In this document: positions 1 through 10,000 of the stretch, in pieces
Numbering within the stretch: the first letter of the stretch is position 1
Layout: every line of letters starts with the position of its first letter
Source of the DNA: Thermoplasmata archaeon
Lineage (GTDB): Archaea > Thermoplasmatota > Thermoplasmata > GCA-020350865
DNA: 53,221 nucleotides
NCBI GenBank assembly: GCA_020348445.1
Contig: CP070751.1
Span: 2,653,355-2,706,575, forward strand
Reading direction: 5' to 3'
Translations under genes and position numbers: made by a program
Notes under the pieces: model-generated
Seen by the model: only the letters and a program-made list of their open reading frames with translations
What the model was told of the DNA's origin: nothing
Databases searched by the model: none

Positions 1-19
1 CCTGTCTGGTATTTCAAGG

Positions 20-95
20 AAAAAAGGTGTCGCACCTCCCTCCTTCTTGTCATTGCGCCCCACCATGGCGCTCAGCCATTGTTTTGCCACTAAGA
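20..95 (-). ncRNA. Candidate small structured RNA, copy 1 (K-turn core plus terminal hairpin/U-tract)
   Basis: Minus strand 75-50 reads CTGA-GCGCC-ATGGTGG-GGCGC-AAT-GA (stem, 3-nt bulge, tandem GA/AG). It is followed by AGGTG-CGA-CACCT and a T-run. A TATA-like TATTTAAA with an A-rich BRE lies at 118-131. The 5' end is estimated from promoter spacing. Near-copy at 506-563. Confidence 0.35.
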
Positions 96-505
96 TGAAA
101 GGATAATGTAATATGCCTTTAAATATTTTTTGATTAAATTAAGAAAAAAGTATTATTAAAATGTTAAGTTTGAGAATATCGAGATACCATGTTGTTTTTG
201 ATTATTTTAAAAAATATCTACCAGGGTGTTAATATATGTTAATAGATGTTAACTAGACAGAAGGTGTCTTTTTAATTGTTATTTGTTATGTCTAATATTA
301 TATATCAAATTTTTTATAAATTATACATTGTACCTATATATAGTTAATAAGAATTCGGAAAAATTGGGAAGAGGGAAAGGTGAAAAGCTTCCCTTTTGGG
401 TGGGGAATTTCAGCTCATGTGCGGAACATGACGTTAACGTACACTTTATAGACCTGAATGACCGTAATGCAGATTTACCCCTTGATGAACCATATGCTAG
501 CTAGT

Positions 506-563
506 AAAAAAAAAGTGCACCACCTCCTTCCTTCCTGTCATAGCGCCCCGCCTTGGCGCTCAG
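506..563 (-). ncRNA. Candidate small structured RNA, copy 2
   Basis: Minus strand 563-538 reads CTGA-GCGCC-AAGGCGG-GGCGC-TAT-GA, then AGGTG-GTG-CACTT and a 9-T run. It is offset 488 bp from copy 1 with the stem and GA pairs invariant. Confidence 0.35.
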
Positions 564-644
564 AACAAGCGCCCTGGCCATGAAAAATGATAGTATTCTT
601 TATTCTCTCATCTTTCTGACTAGGTGCCCTGCCCCCTATTTAGC

Positions 645-666
645 TATCCTCTGAGGGGAGAGGATA
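645..666. other. Perfect 8-bp inverted repeat (hairpin)
   Basis: TATCCTCT (645-652) / AGAGGATA (659-666), loop GAGGGG. Function unknown. Confidence 0.5.
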
Positions 667-795
667 ATTGACTTTCTGTGATAAATAATTTTGCTTTAAT
701 TATTGTGAAGTAACATGAAATTATTGAGTCATTAACCAGATTAAAACCAGTATATCTGGGAACGTGTCAGGACTCTTAACCAGATGTTAAAAAAA

Positions 796-1221
796 TTATA
801 GTACCGCCGCGATCTTCGTCGCAGTCCTGTTTATCTCCTCGAACATGATTGCGGGATTGTATCGAATGTTGGTCACACAGACCAAGAGTGCCTTGGTGCC
901 CGCCTCCGAGATTATTATGTCCCCCTCCTTGGCCTGGATCACAACCCGCTTTGGAAATCCCATCCTGCATTTTGCTGTGATGTTCTTTGCCGCGCCGACG
1001 ATGGTGGCCCCCATGATGGCGCAGGCCCTCTTTCCGTCGATGTTCGCAGGTGTTACCATGTCCGAGGCCATTAAAATTCCATCCCTTCTTATGACTGCGG
1101 AGGATTTTATCCATTCCAATTCATTGAATTCCCTTAAAATGTCGTTTAGCAGTTTAGCTGTCGAGTATCCTCTCTTCTGAAGGCCATATACATCCTGCTG
1201 GCTTCCTTCGTTGTTGCTCAA
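796..1221 (-). CDS. Roadblock/LC7 (MglB-like) domain protein
   Basis: 141 aa. The pattern LREFNELEWIKSSAVIRRDGILMAS...AIMGATIVGAAKNI...RVVIQAKEGDIIISEAGTKALLVCVT matches the roadblock helix/strand layout. TTG start. Confidence 0.85.
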   Translation of the reverse strand: MSNNEGSQQDVYGLQKRGYSTAKLLNDILREFNELEWIKSSAVIRRDGILMASDMVTPANIDGKRACAIMGATIVGAAKNITAKCRMGFPKRVVIQAKEGDIIISEAGTKALLVCVTNIRYNPAIMFEEINRTATKIAAVL

Positions 1222-1299
1222 TATTCAAATCCTCTCCTTAATGAAGCTGTAATTCCAATGGCCTTACTGTGCTCTCCAAATGAGGTAGAGGTTGTTTGT

Positions 1300-1353
1300 A
1301 AAGTGAGGGCGGGGCGGCTATCCTGCCCCGGCGCCCCAATTTGCCCACACTTT
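1300..1353 (-). promoter_or_regulatory. GC-rich nested hairpin in the probable 5' UTR of the roadblock gene
   Basis: AAAGTGAGGGC (1300-1310) pairs with GCCCACACTTT (1343-1353) at 10/11 positions, with an inner GGGGC-GG/CC-T-GCCCC stem. A minus-strand BRE/TATA-like AAAAAACCTTAAATA lies at about 1394-1408. Confidence 0.4.
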
Positions 1354-1620
1354 CCTCTGGATTTGCTGTCCTATGAAGTTATTGATATCGAGGTATTTAA
1401 GGTTTTTTATGAGAGTTTGCACAGGAATTATTAAAAAGTTATTTTATTCAAATTTTATTAACGATACATCATCTCTAATATCTGTTTTGAGATTCTAGCA
1501 CATAAACGCCATTTAAAATGAAGCGTATGTATTCATGTGAAACAGCTCATCTTCAAATCCTTTAATAATCTTTCACAGTAAGAGATATACGGTTGTAACG
1601 CAATCCATATTCAAGAGCAC

Positions 1621-2112
1621 ATGGGGGTTGCAGACATAGAGGACAAAATACCAAAAAATCTGAGTATCCGGCCTTTTAGACCGATGGACCTAAAAGGGGT
1701 CCTTGGAATCGAGAGAGTGTCCTTTCCAAATCCATGGTCCCCGAACATGTTTGAAGCACTTCATCAGGTAAATCCAGAGGGCTTTTATGTTGCACAAATA
1801 CATGAAGATATCGTGGCTTATGGGATTGTTTTGGTTGAGAGCACCTCAAATCGTTTTTTTAAAAAAAGAAGGGCCCATTTGATGAACCTAGCCGTACATC
1901 CGCTGTTAAGAAATCAAGGGATCGGAAATTATCTTTTACAGACGATCATTTCCAATCTGAAAAATTCAAAAATTGGCGAGATTTATTTGGAGGTTCGAGT
2001 TTCAAATAAGTATGCAATCCACTTTTACAAGAAGTCGGGATTTATCGAAAATGGAATCATTAAAGGATTCTATGGGGATGAAGATGCGAAAATGATGGCT
2101 AAGAAGATATAA
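1621..2112 (+). CDS. rimI: RimI/ARD1-type GNAT N-acetyltransferase
   Basis: IERVSFPNPWS, AHLMNLAVHP..RNQGIG (acetyl-CoA motif A), YLEVRVSN..AIHFYKKSGF, YYG/FYG-DEDA tail. Confidence 0.85.
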   Translation: MGVADIEDKIPKNLSIRPFRPMDLKGVLGIERVSFPNPWSPNMFEALHQVNPEGFYVAQIHEDIVAYGIVLVESTSNRFFKKRRAHLMNLAVHPLLRNQGIGNYLLQTIISNLKNSKIGEIYLEVRVSNKYAIHFYKKSGFIENGIIKGFYGDEDAKMMAKKI

Positions 2113-2180
2113 TAGTCAAACACCCCTTTTATCAAACCAAATAATAACAACTCATATAAAGGATAAGTTACATAAATATC

Positions 2181-2366
2181 ATGATGAAGTGCGAGAAATG
2201 CCCTTTTCACGGTTTAGAAGGGGTGCAAAATGAAATGAACTGGTGCAAGCTTTACAATGCCCAGTCCCCCGTGGAGGGTTGCGAAGAAGAAAGGGATACT
2301 CTGATTATGCAGAAGGAGTTGATGCAAGGTTTTCAGGATAACAAACATCATGATGAGCAACAATAA
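2181..2366 (+). CDS. Small Cys-rich hypothetical protein (possible metal-binding)
   Basis: 61 aa with CEKC...WC...GC. It occupies an otherwise empty intergenic space behind an AT-rich promoter-like stretch. Confidence 0.5.
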   Translation: MMKCEKCPFHGLEGVQNEMNWCKLYNAQSPVEGCEEERDTLIMQKELMQGFQDNKHHDEQQ

Positions 2367-2416
2367 CAAGATCGGTTCCAGAGTTATACAAGAATATACC
2401 CGTTCTGTAGTGCAGC

Positions 2417-3913
2417 TTATCCCAGTTTTAGCAACGATTTTAAAGGATTCTCGATACCTTTAACACTGGCCAGGCTTCCATCCCAATTAGTTAGAATGTG
2501 TCCATATTTCCTGTGTACCTGTTTTAACACTCTTTTCATCTCTGGGCGTAGCTCCATTGATTCCTGACCTCTGACTACGGCAGCAAGATAAACCAGCTTT
2601 CCGTACTCTAAGATTATCCTCAGCTTGCCGTACTGTAGTTCATCCAGTTCCCCCTCTTCCCTGCTGGCACTAAAGGAATCCTTTACGAACTCGTTGACTG
2701 CTGTGAGCATGCTTGAGAGGATATCATCGTCCACATCGGGTTTTATTTCCCTCCCAATGTGTCTCAACAAGAGACCGCTGTTTGTTATGAGAAAAACCTC
2801 ATCCACAACAAAGGGCTCTGATATGCTCTCGATTTCAGGACCGAGAACCTTCACATGGTACCATTTTAAGTAGACCAGCCAAACGATACTTGTTACCAAA
2901 AAGGCAATGAAAATCAGAGTCAAATTTAAGGTGAAGCTGGACGTAAACGGGATAACCTCATAATCATAGCTTATCAATTTGATCAAGATCTTTATTATAC
3001 CAAGGGTTGGGGGGATGATGAATGCTGCAACAACAAAAGCCCAAAGCAGAATTGAGGGCACTTCCATTGAACTGAAGTGCTCAACTCCGATTACCTTTCT
3101 TTGTAGAGTGCCGCTGTATTTCATGTTTAAATACTTGAAATAGAGCTTCTCAATCTTGAATACGAGGAAAAATCCAAGTATAAGATATATTGAGTTCTCC
3201 AAGGGCAGATAAAGGGGATACGTGGAAATACCTTCAGAATAGAGCATGGCCATAACCAATATCACCATCAAGGCAAACTCGCCGTAGAATAGGTAATCCT
3301 TAGTGCGCTCCAGTGCTTTTCTTTTCCTTCTCTCTTTAGCAAAGGATTTAACCTTGGGTTGCGGCTCTATCTCTTCTTCCTCTTCCTCCTCTTCCTCACT
3401 CTCTTCAACTATCGTATCTTTTTTCTCATTTTCGGATATTTCCATTAAAAACAGCGCCCTTTCCTCTTCCAAACGCCTCCTTTCCTCTTGGATTTCAGAT
3501 AGTATCTTCTCAGGATGTTCTTCCTCCTCCTGTAATTCCGAGACCCCGATTTCTTTTTTTAGCTCATCCACATCAAAACCTTCGATATCCTCAAATTCGG
3601 GAGACTCTAATGGGGGAGGAGGAGGCGGGGGTTGGACGATTTTAAGTTTCTTGGGATCCTTTTCAATGTCCCCATCTAACCCAGGTCGTTCTTCTGGAGG
3701 TGGAGGAGGGGGCTCTTTGATCTTCATTTTTTTATTATTCTTTTCTGTATCTTCATTTTCTTTGGGAGGTTCCTTTGGAGGAGGTGGAGGTTCATTGGAT
3801 TTCGATTCCTCGATATGTTTGCCAATTTCCTCTTTTGCCTCATGAGGTTCGTCGATTTCAGATTCCTTCTTCTGGGTTTTTGAGTTTTTATCCCAATCCG
3901 TTTCCTCGTCCAT
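2417..3913 (-). CDS. Membrane protein: acidic poly-Pro N-terminus, about 4 TM helices, C-terminal longin-like domain
   Basis: Three Pro5-7 runs and Glu tracts precede four hydrophobic segments. The C-terminal VDEVFLITNSGLLLRH...DDDILSSMLTAVNEFVKDSF...LDELQYGKLRIILEYG...WDG domain aligns by eye with the internal domain of the 3915-aa protein. Confidence 0.8.
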   Translation of the reverse strand: MDEETDWDKNSKTQKKESEIDEPHEAKEEIGKHIEESKSNEPPPPPKEPPKENEDTEKNNKKMKIKEPPPPPPEERPGLDGDIEKDPKKLKIVQPPPPPPPLESPEFEDIEGFDVDELKKEIGVSELQEEEEHPEKILSEIQEERRRLEEERALFLMEISENEKKDTIVEESEEEEEEEEEIEPQPKVKSFAKERRKRKALERTKDYLFYGEFALMVILVMAMLYSEGISTYPLYLPLENSIYLILGFFLVFKIEKLYFKYLNMKYSGTLQRKVIGVEHFSSMEVPSILLWAFVVAAFIIPPTLGIIKILIKLISYDYEVIPFTSSFTLNLTLIFIAFLVTSIVWLVYLKWYHVKVLGPEIESISEPFVVDEVFLITNSGLLLRHIGREIKPDVDDDILSSMLTAVNEFVKDSFSASREEGELDELQYGKLRIILEYGKLVYLAAVVRGQESMELRPEMKRVLKQVHRKYGHILTNWDGSLASVKGIENPLKSLLKLG

Positions 3914-4086
3914 GTACCTTCACGTAAAGATATATGACGGTGAATATAAACCTTACCACCAGATTCTCGAAAATGTCAATAACAAATTATGATAAGAGGA
4001 TAATAATTTTCAGTTTGATGGACCAATTTGGAAGGCTATATCAAATAAGAAGAACCTTGATTTTTCTGTTCCTCGTGCCATTACTT

Positions 4087-7000
4087 TTATTTTTCTATCT
4101 TCCTCTTTTTTCGATTCGACACCTTACGCGATACAAAAAAGAGCGCAAAGAAACCTAGCATGGGAATAGCGATCATCTTAAACTCAGGAATGATCTCAGT
4201 TGGCCCCCCAGACAAGGGGAAAGTGGTTCCAGTAATGTTATCAGTGGTAGAGGTTAGATTGAAATCTTTTGATGCTGTGATATTGATATAATGATCCTCA
4301 CCCACGTCTGCGATAGTTGTTGTAAAAACAACAGTTATCAATATATAAGCTTTGTAACTTGGGCCAACATTCATGTTTGAAATGTCTATCTCGGTGTCGA
4401 CACTTGACAGTACAGTCCCACCCGCATTTAAGAGGGTCTCATCTCCATCAAGGGCCCCCTTGGTCAGGCTGTCAGACTCGTTATAGATGTAAACCCTGCA
4501 GTCGGCAATATCCCCATCCCCTCCATGTGTAATATTGATTTTGTTAATTGTGATAACATCACCAGAGCCTTCGATTGAAAAGTTCAGCATTTCAGTTTCT
4601 GTTGCATCTCCCCAACCGATTGTGGCAGGGGCTTTGTTCTCCTCACCAACCACTGTGCCTATTCCTCTCGTGGCCCTATCATTGACGATTTTGATCATCG
4701 AGGATATGGGATAATCTCCCTCTGCACCCCTGCTCCCTCTTTCATCAGAGTAATCCTGTTTACTTTGGTTCCAATCAGAGGTTTGGAAGTACATCGAAAA
4801 GGGCCCTGTGATATCCAAACTTTTGGTGGGAATCTGGGTTTCCAGGCGTATGGTGTCGGTTTTGGCGATAACATTGTGCTCCTCTTTCCACGCCCAATTA
4901 GAGGGGGATGATCCTTGAAAACTCAGATGTTTATTGGAGATTATCTCACCATACCTACCCTTGATTTCGATGAGATGATCGGCACCGATTTCACCTATTG
5001 AATATCCTGTCGTGGATGAGTTATCGCTGTCTATGTATACATAAGCAATATCCTCTCCTTTTAATACAGGTAACTCCGAAGGTGGTCGTGGTCCAGGTTC
5101 TCCCGGTTCCCCTGGTTCTGAAGGCTCGCTTGGCCCGGATGTTGAAGGTGCATTCTTGACATTCCAATAGGGGACTGGAGTTCCAAATCCCATCTCACCA
5201 TCAACCCTCAAATAGAACGATACAGTCTCGGTATTGTTTGAAGAACCGTATTCTAAAATATCCAGATTTTTATTTTCCACATCACCGTAGTTGTCTTGCA
5301 TCATATCCTTATCTTTCCAGTCTGCAAACGCACCGTCCACTTTGATCTCCGTAGGGACAGAGATGATGTAGCTCACATCGTAGTAATTATGATCAGGAAC
5401 GCCAGATATCATGTTAATAGTTCCTTTATTCGTGAAGATATCATGCGGTCTTATCACCCTGAGTCCTACACTGTTTCCTTCCAAAGCACCAGCACTGATA
5501 TCAACCTCTACATACAGTGTTTTTCTCGTCCCTTTATCGAGTTGTATGGCCGCCTCAAGCTCTGTAATACCATTGCTCAAGGTTCCTGTGGCAATAATAT
5601 CTGCCCCTTCTGAAAGTCTAACGGCACTCACATCGTGATCATTGCCTTTGCCAATTCTTGTGAGCCTTATTTTCTCTATGGCAACATCAGTGTGCTCCGC
5701 AGAAATATCCAGTCTCAACAATTTTCTTGCATTACCGCTTATATGACCCTCGGCCACCCCTTGTTGTACAACATGTAATATACCCTTTTCGTTGGATATC
5801 ACACTGTCTGAGAAATCATCATGTCCATCCCAGCTCTGCATATAGAAAAGAACATCCACATTACCTTTATTATTCAAACCCAATGCTTCATAATCCACCT
5901 TCACCTCGAGTTTGGAGCCGGATGCGGCAGCAGAAACCTTACCTACATACGTCCAGAGATTCCAGTCGGGGGTGGTGGCGGTATAGGCCATGAGTGTTTT
6001 TGAGTATACATCACCTTTCCATCCTTCAACTTTGATCATGAAATCCGAACCTATCCCGTTTATCAGATATCCTGATAGTTGGGATTGATCCACATCGATG
6101 AATATGTGGACGCAATCCATATGTCTGCCGCTATACTCAGGCTCACCTGCAAGCATGTTCTCGTAAACCTTAACATAGAATGAAAGTTCGGAATACCTAC
6201 TATCTACCCCATAATCCACGATATCGATGTTTGGATTAAAGGGCAGGGCTTCGGCAACATCTGAGATGGTGGTAATACCCTCCCAATCACTGAAATCACC
6301 ATCGATCTCGATCAATTCAGGAGGTGAATAAATAGAGATAACAAAGAATGGAGCCAATATTAGGAGGAATATGACAATCGGCACGGAAATCAGCCTCATT
6401 TTTCTTGGCTTCCCCTCGAATAATCCCCTTCTCGCACCAAGACCGTTGGTAATTCCATTGCCATTGGTGATACCATTTGTGATTCCCGCCCTAAGTGATC
6501 TCAGCCCAATAGTCAATCCATTTGTAAGACCGTTTGTCAGTCCTTTCCTTGTGATTTCGATATCCTTTATAATTTCATCCACCAAACCGAGCTCCTTTTC
6601 TATTTCCTCTAAAGTCATACCAGCTTGAAGTTCGACCTCGGCTTCCTTTCCCGGTTCGGCAGTAAAACCAGGATATGGGACTTCCTCGACCTCTGCAACA
6701 CCTTCAATTTCCTCGATCTCAATTTTCACGGGCGATAGCAAAGTTTCAACTATGCCATGAACCCCTTTGAAATCCTCTGGGTCACCATCCCACCCTTCAA
6801 GGACATTTGCATAATTCTCCTCAATTTCCCAAATCACACCGTCGATTTTGGTAAGTAGGTCCTTATTTTCCACTCCTGTAAAAACTATGGCGATAAAGAA
6901 ATGGTTACCCTTTTCCAGCAGGATATTTCTTTCACCGAACTCGAGCTTGTGCAGGCCCTCCTCCTCCTTGCTATCCTCCTCTCTGACAAAGGCATCAGAA

Positions 7001-10000
7001 ATGAGGTTTTTCACGCCAGTTAGCATGCCACTTAGAATATCCTTATCAATCTCGTCATCTTTTCTTATGGATGCATGGGTAATGAGAATACTGTACTCGT
7101 GAATTAGAAACACGCTCTCTACAAATGGTGCAGGACCTCTTCTCAAATAGGAAGTTACAATGAAACCGACAATCAAAGCGAAAATCGGGATGAGAATCCA
7201 TGGCCATATGTATTTATCCCAGATTGAAGGTGGTGGTATCTCCTTTTCTACAGAGAGATCAAGTGTATTGGAGCTGACATTGGTTCTGCCGTCGTATACT
7301 GTAAATATCACATCCCTGAGGAAGTCCTTTTTATTCTTGGGTTTCCAAGTTGCTACGTGGGTTACTGGGTCAATATGGACCTCCTCATAGTTGCATGTAA
7401 AAACAAGCCCCTCCTTAATTGTTCCCGGCTCAAAGTACTCATCCAGATCCCTTGTCCAGGTATCTTTATACTTCACAGCTGCGCTCTTTAAACCACCGAG
7501 GTACTTGGGCGGTTCGTATCCTATGTCCACGACAAAGACATAATGATGCGTGGAAAAGCCGCTTTCCTGACCATTGGAGTCAAGGGCTGAAACCCGCCAG
7601 AAATAGCTTGACAGATCAATAAGTGGTGTTGCAGGAGTGTAGAAAGTATCCGTGATTCCCGTTACAGTTGTCAGATTCTCAGAAAAATCAGGGGATGTTG
7701 AGTATTGGAGGGTATACGAAACTACGTAATCTCCGCGATCGGGATCGGTAGATGCACCCCAGGAGAAGGTTGGAAAGGTAGTATTCTGAAAGGTGTCATC
7801 CTCAGGGAGAAGTAATTGTGGAATAGTAGGCACGTCGTTTGTGTTGGTAACATTTAGTGTGAAATTCGTATGATGGTAACCTAAATTGCCATCGTATGCG
7901 GTGATGTTCACCCAGTACCATCCCACATCTGGATTTCTTGGCATACCCGAAAGAACTCCCAATTGTGGATGGATACCAAGCCAACTAGTGGCATTGGTAA
8001 TCAAGCTCCATTCCACGTCGTCACCATCAACATCGATGTATTCATAAATTACACTGTATTCAGAATCTTCAATTGCGAGCTTCACATTCTCCGTAGTAAT
8101 TACAGGATCATCGTTTGTATTGTACACTGTCAAGGTATAGTTGCGTGAATGTCTTCCACCGTTGCCATCTTCTACTGTAACATTAATCCAGTAACTTCCT
8201 ACATCGTCATTTCTTGGAATGCCAGTTACATTGCCTGTGATATTATCTATTGAAAGCCAAGGGGCGTTGGTTTTGAAGGAATATCTTATTTGGCCTTGCC
8301 CATCGTCATTACAATCGAAATCCAAATAATAGTCTAAGTCTTCGGTAGCTATTGTTAAAGGGGTGGTGATTATCGAAGGAAGAGTGTTGTTCACAGTTAA
8401 AGTGTAATTTTCAAAATCACTACCACCGTTTCCATCCAGTACCGTAACATTTACCCAGAACCAACCCACATGGGTGTTGTCTGGAGTTCCATTTACAACG
8501 CCTGTGGATGAATTGATATCAAGCCATGAGGCATTTGAAACAAGCAGGTAAGTGATGTTGCCCCAGCCATCATCGGAGCAGTTAAAATCATCTACATAAA
8601 GTACATCTTCTTTTGCATATTCTATTGGTTTGTTCGTTATATTAGGCGGTGTATTGGCCACTGTTATAGTGAAGTTGGTGGAGTTTGTAGCTCCCCTATC
8701 GTCGATTGCTGTTACCTTAACCCACCACAATCCCACATCGTCATTTCGTGGGATACCAGAGAGGTTGCCTGTATTCAGGTCTATGGTAATCCAGGAAGCA
8801 TTTGTTTGCCTCTGCCATGTTACATTTAAATCGTCTATATCAGTGAAATTGTAATCCACCAGATAAGGGGAATCTTCGGTTGCATTTACGAGATTTGTTG
8901 TGTTTATGTGTGGTGGATCATTGACATCAACAACTGTCAGGTCAAATAGATGATAATCTAAACCTCCGTTGCCATCATCTACACTCACATTCACCCAGTA
9001 GAGCCCTACTTCGTCATTTCCCGGTGTCCCATTAAGCATACCTGTTGAATTATCGATATTTAGCCAGGTTGCATCTGTATCAAGGCTCCAGTTTAATATG
9101 TCATTTGTGGGATCGACATCACTTGCATTGTAATCTACAAAGTATAAAGAATCCTCAAAGGCTGTTAGAACATCCGATGTATTTATCATGGGATCATCGT
9201 TAATATTGATCACAGTCAAGGTGTAGTTTTCAAAATCCATACCGCCGTTTCCATCGGTGACAGAGACGTTGACCCAATACCATCCCACATGATCATTATT
9301 TGGAGTTCCGCTTAATATACCATTGAATTTTACGATACCCAGCCATGTGGCGTTGGTATGAAGGGAATAAGTTGTATTACCTTTACTCTCATCATCGCTG
9401 TTGAAATCATCGGTATGTCCTAAATCCTCAAAGGCAGTTATAATGGGTTCATTGGTTATCCAAGGGGGGGTATTGTTTACTGTCAGAGTGTAGTTAAGAG
9501 AAAATATCCCCCCGTTTCCATCGTTTACAGAAACATTCACCCAAAATGAACCTACATTATCGTTTTCAGGAAATCCGCTGAGAAAACCATCTGAAGTAAG
9601 TGGATCAAACCAGGTGGCATTTGTTGTGAGGGAATATGTAATAGTTCCCTGTCCATCGTCGATGGAGTCGAAATCTATGAAGTACACGCTATCCTCATCA
9701 TGAAATTCAATGGTTGGGGTTATAATTTCTGGAAGAGTGTTGGTAACGTTCAATGTGAAATTGTGGATGTCCAAGGCTCCCTCTGCATCGACTAAGGTGA
9801 TGTTCACATAGTAACTTCCTACCTCCAGATTCGTGGGAGCGCCTTCCAAAAGACCTGATATAAATGTAAGCCAAGTTGCGTTGGTTTCGAAGCGCCAAAA
9901 TGTGGAATCACCATCTCTGTCGGTTCTATTGTATAACACACTGTATAGACTATCTTCAGGGGTATTTACCATGTCCGTAGTAAGAATCGTAGGGGGGTTG

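Noticed and set aside
283-504. 73-aa ORF
   Set aside because: TTG start in AT-rich intergenic DNA, no SD and no protein-like features.
20-563. H/ACA guide RNA assignment for the duplicated element
   Set aside because: An ACA triplet is present only in copy 1 and no conserved pseudouridylation pocket was seen. It is kept only as a K-turn candidate.
501-581. 26-aa peptide MARALVLSAKAGRYDRKEGGGALFFY and its counterpart at 1-90
   Set aside because: Differences between the copies are mostly non-synonymous, and start and stop positions are not conserved. An RNA structure explains the conservation better.
1340-1360. RNase P RNA (GAGGAAAG on the minus strand)
   Set aside because: It reads GAGGAAAGTGT rather than GAGGAAAGTCC, no matching 3' P4 strand was found, and the space is too short.
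3303-3845. Antisense Ser/Gly-rich ORF and the many other short ORFs overlapping long genes (e.g. 776-1114, 845-1180, 20975-21505, 52030-52325)
   Set aside because: These are shadow frames of low-complexity or long genuine genes on the other strand or frame.
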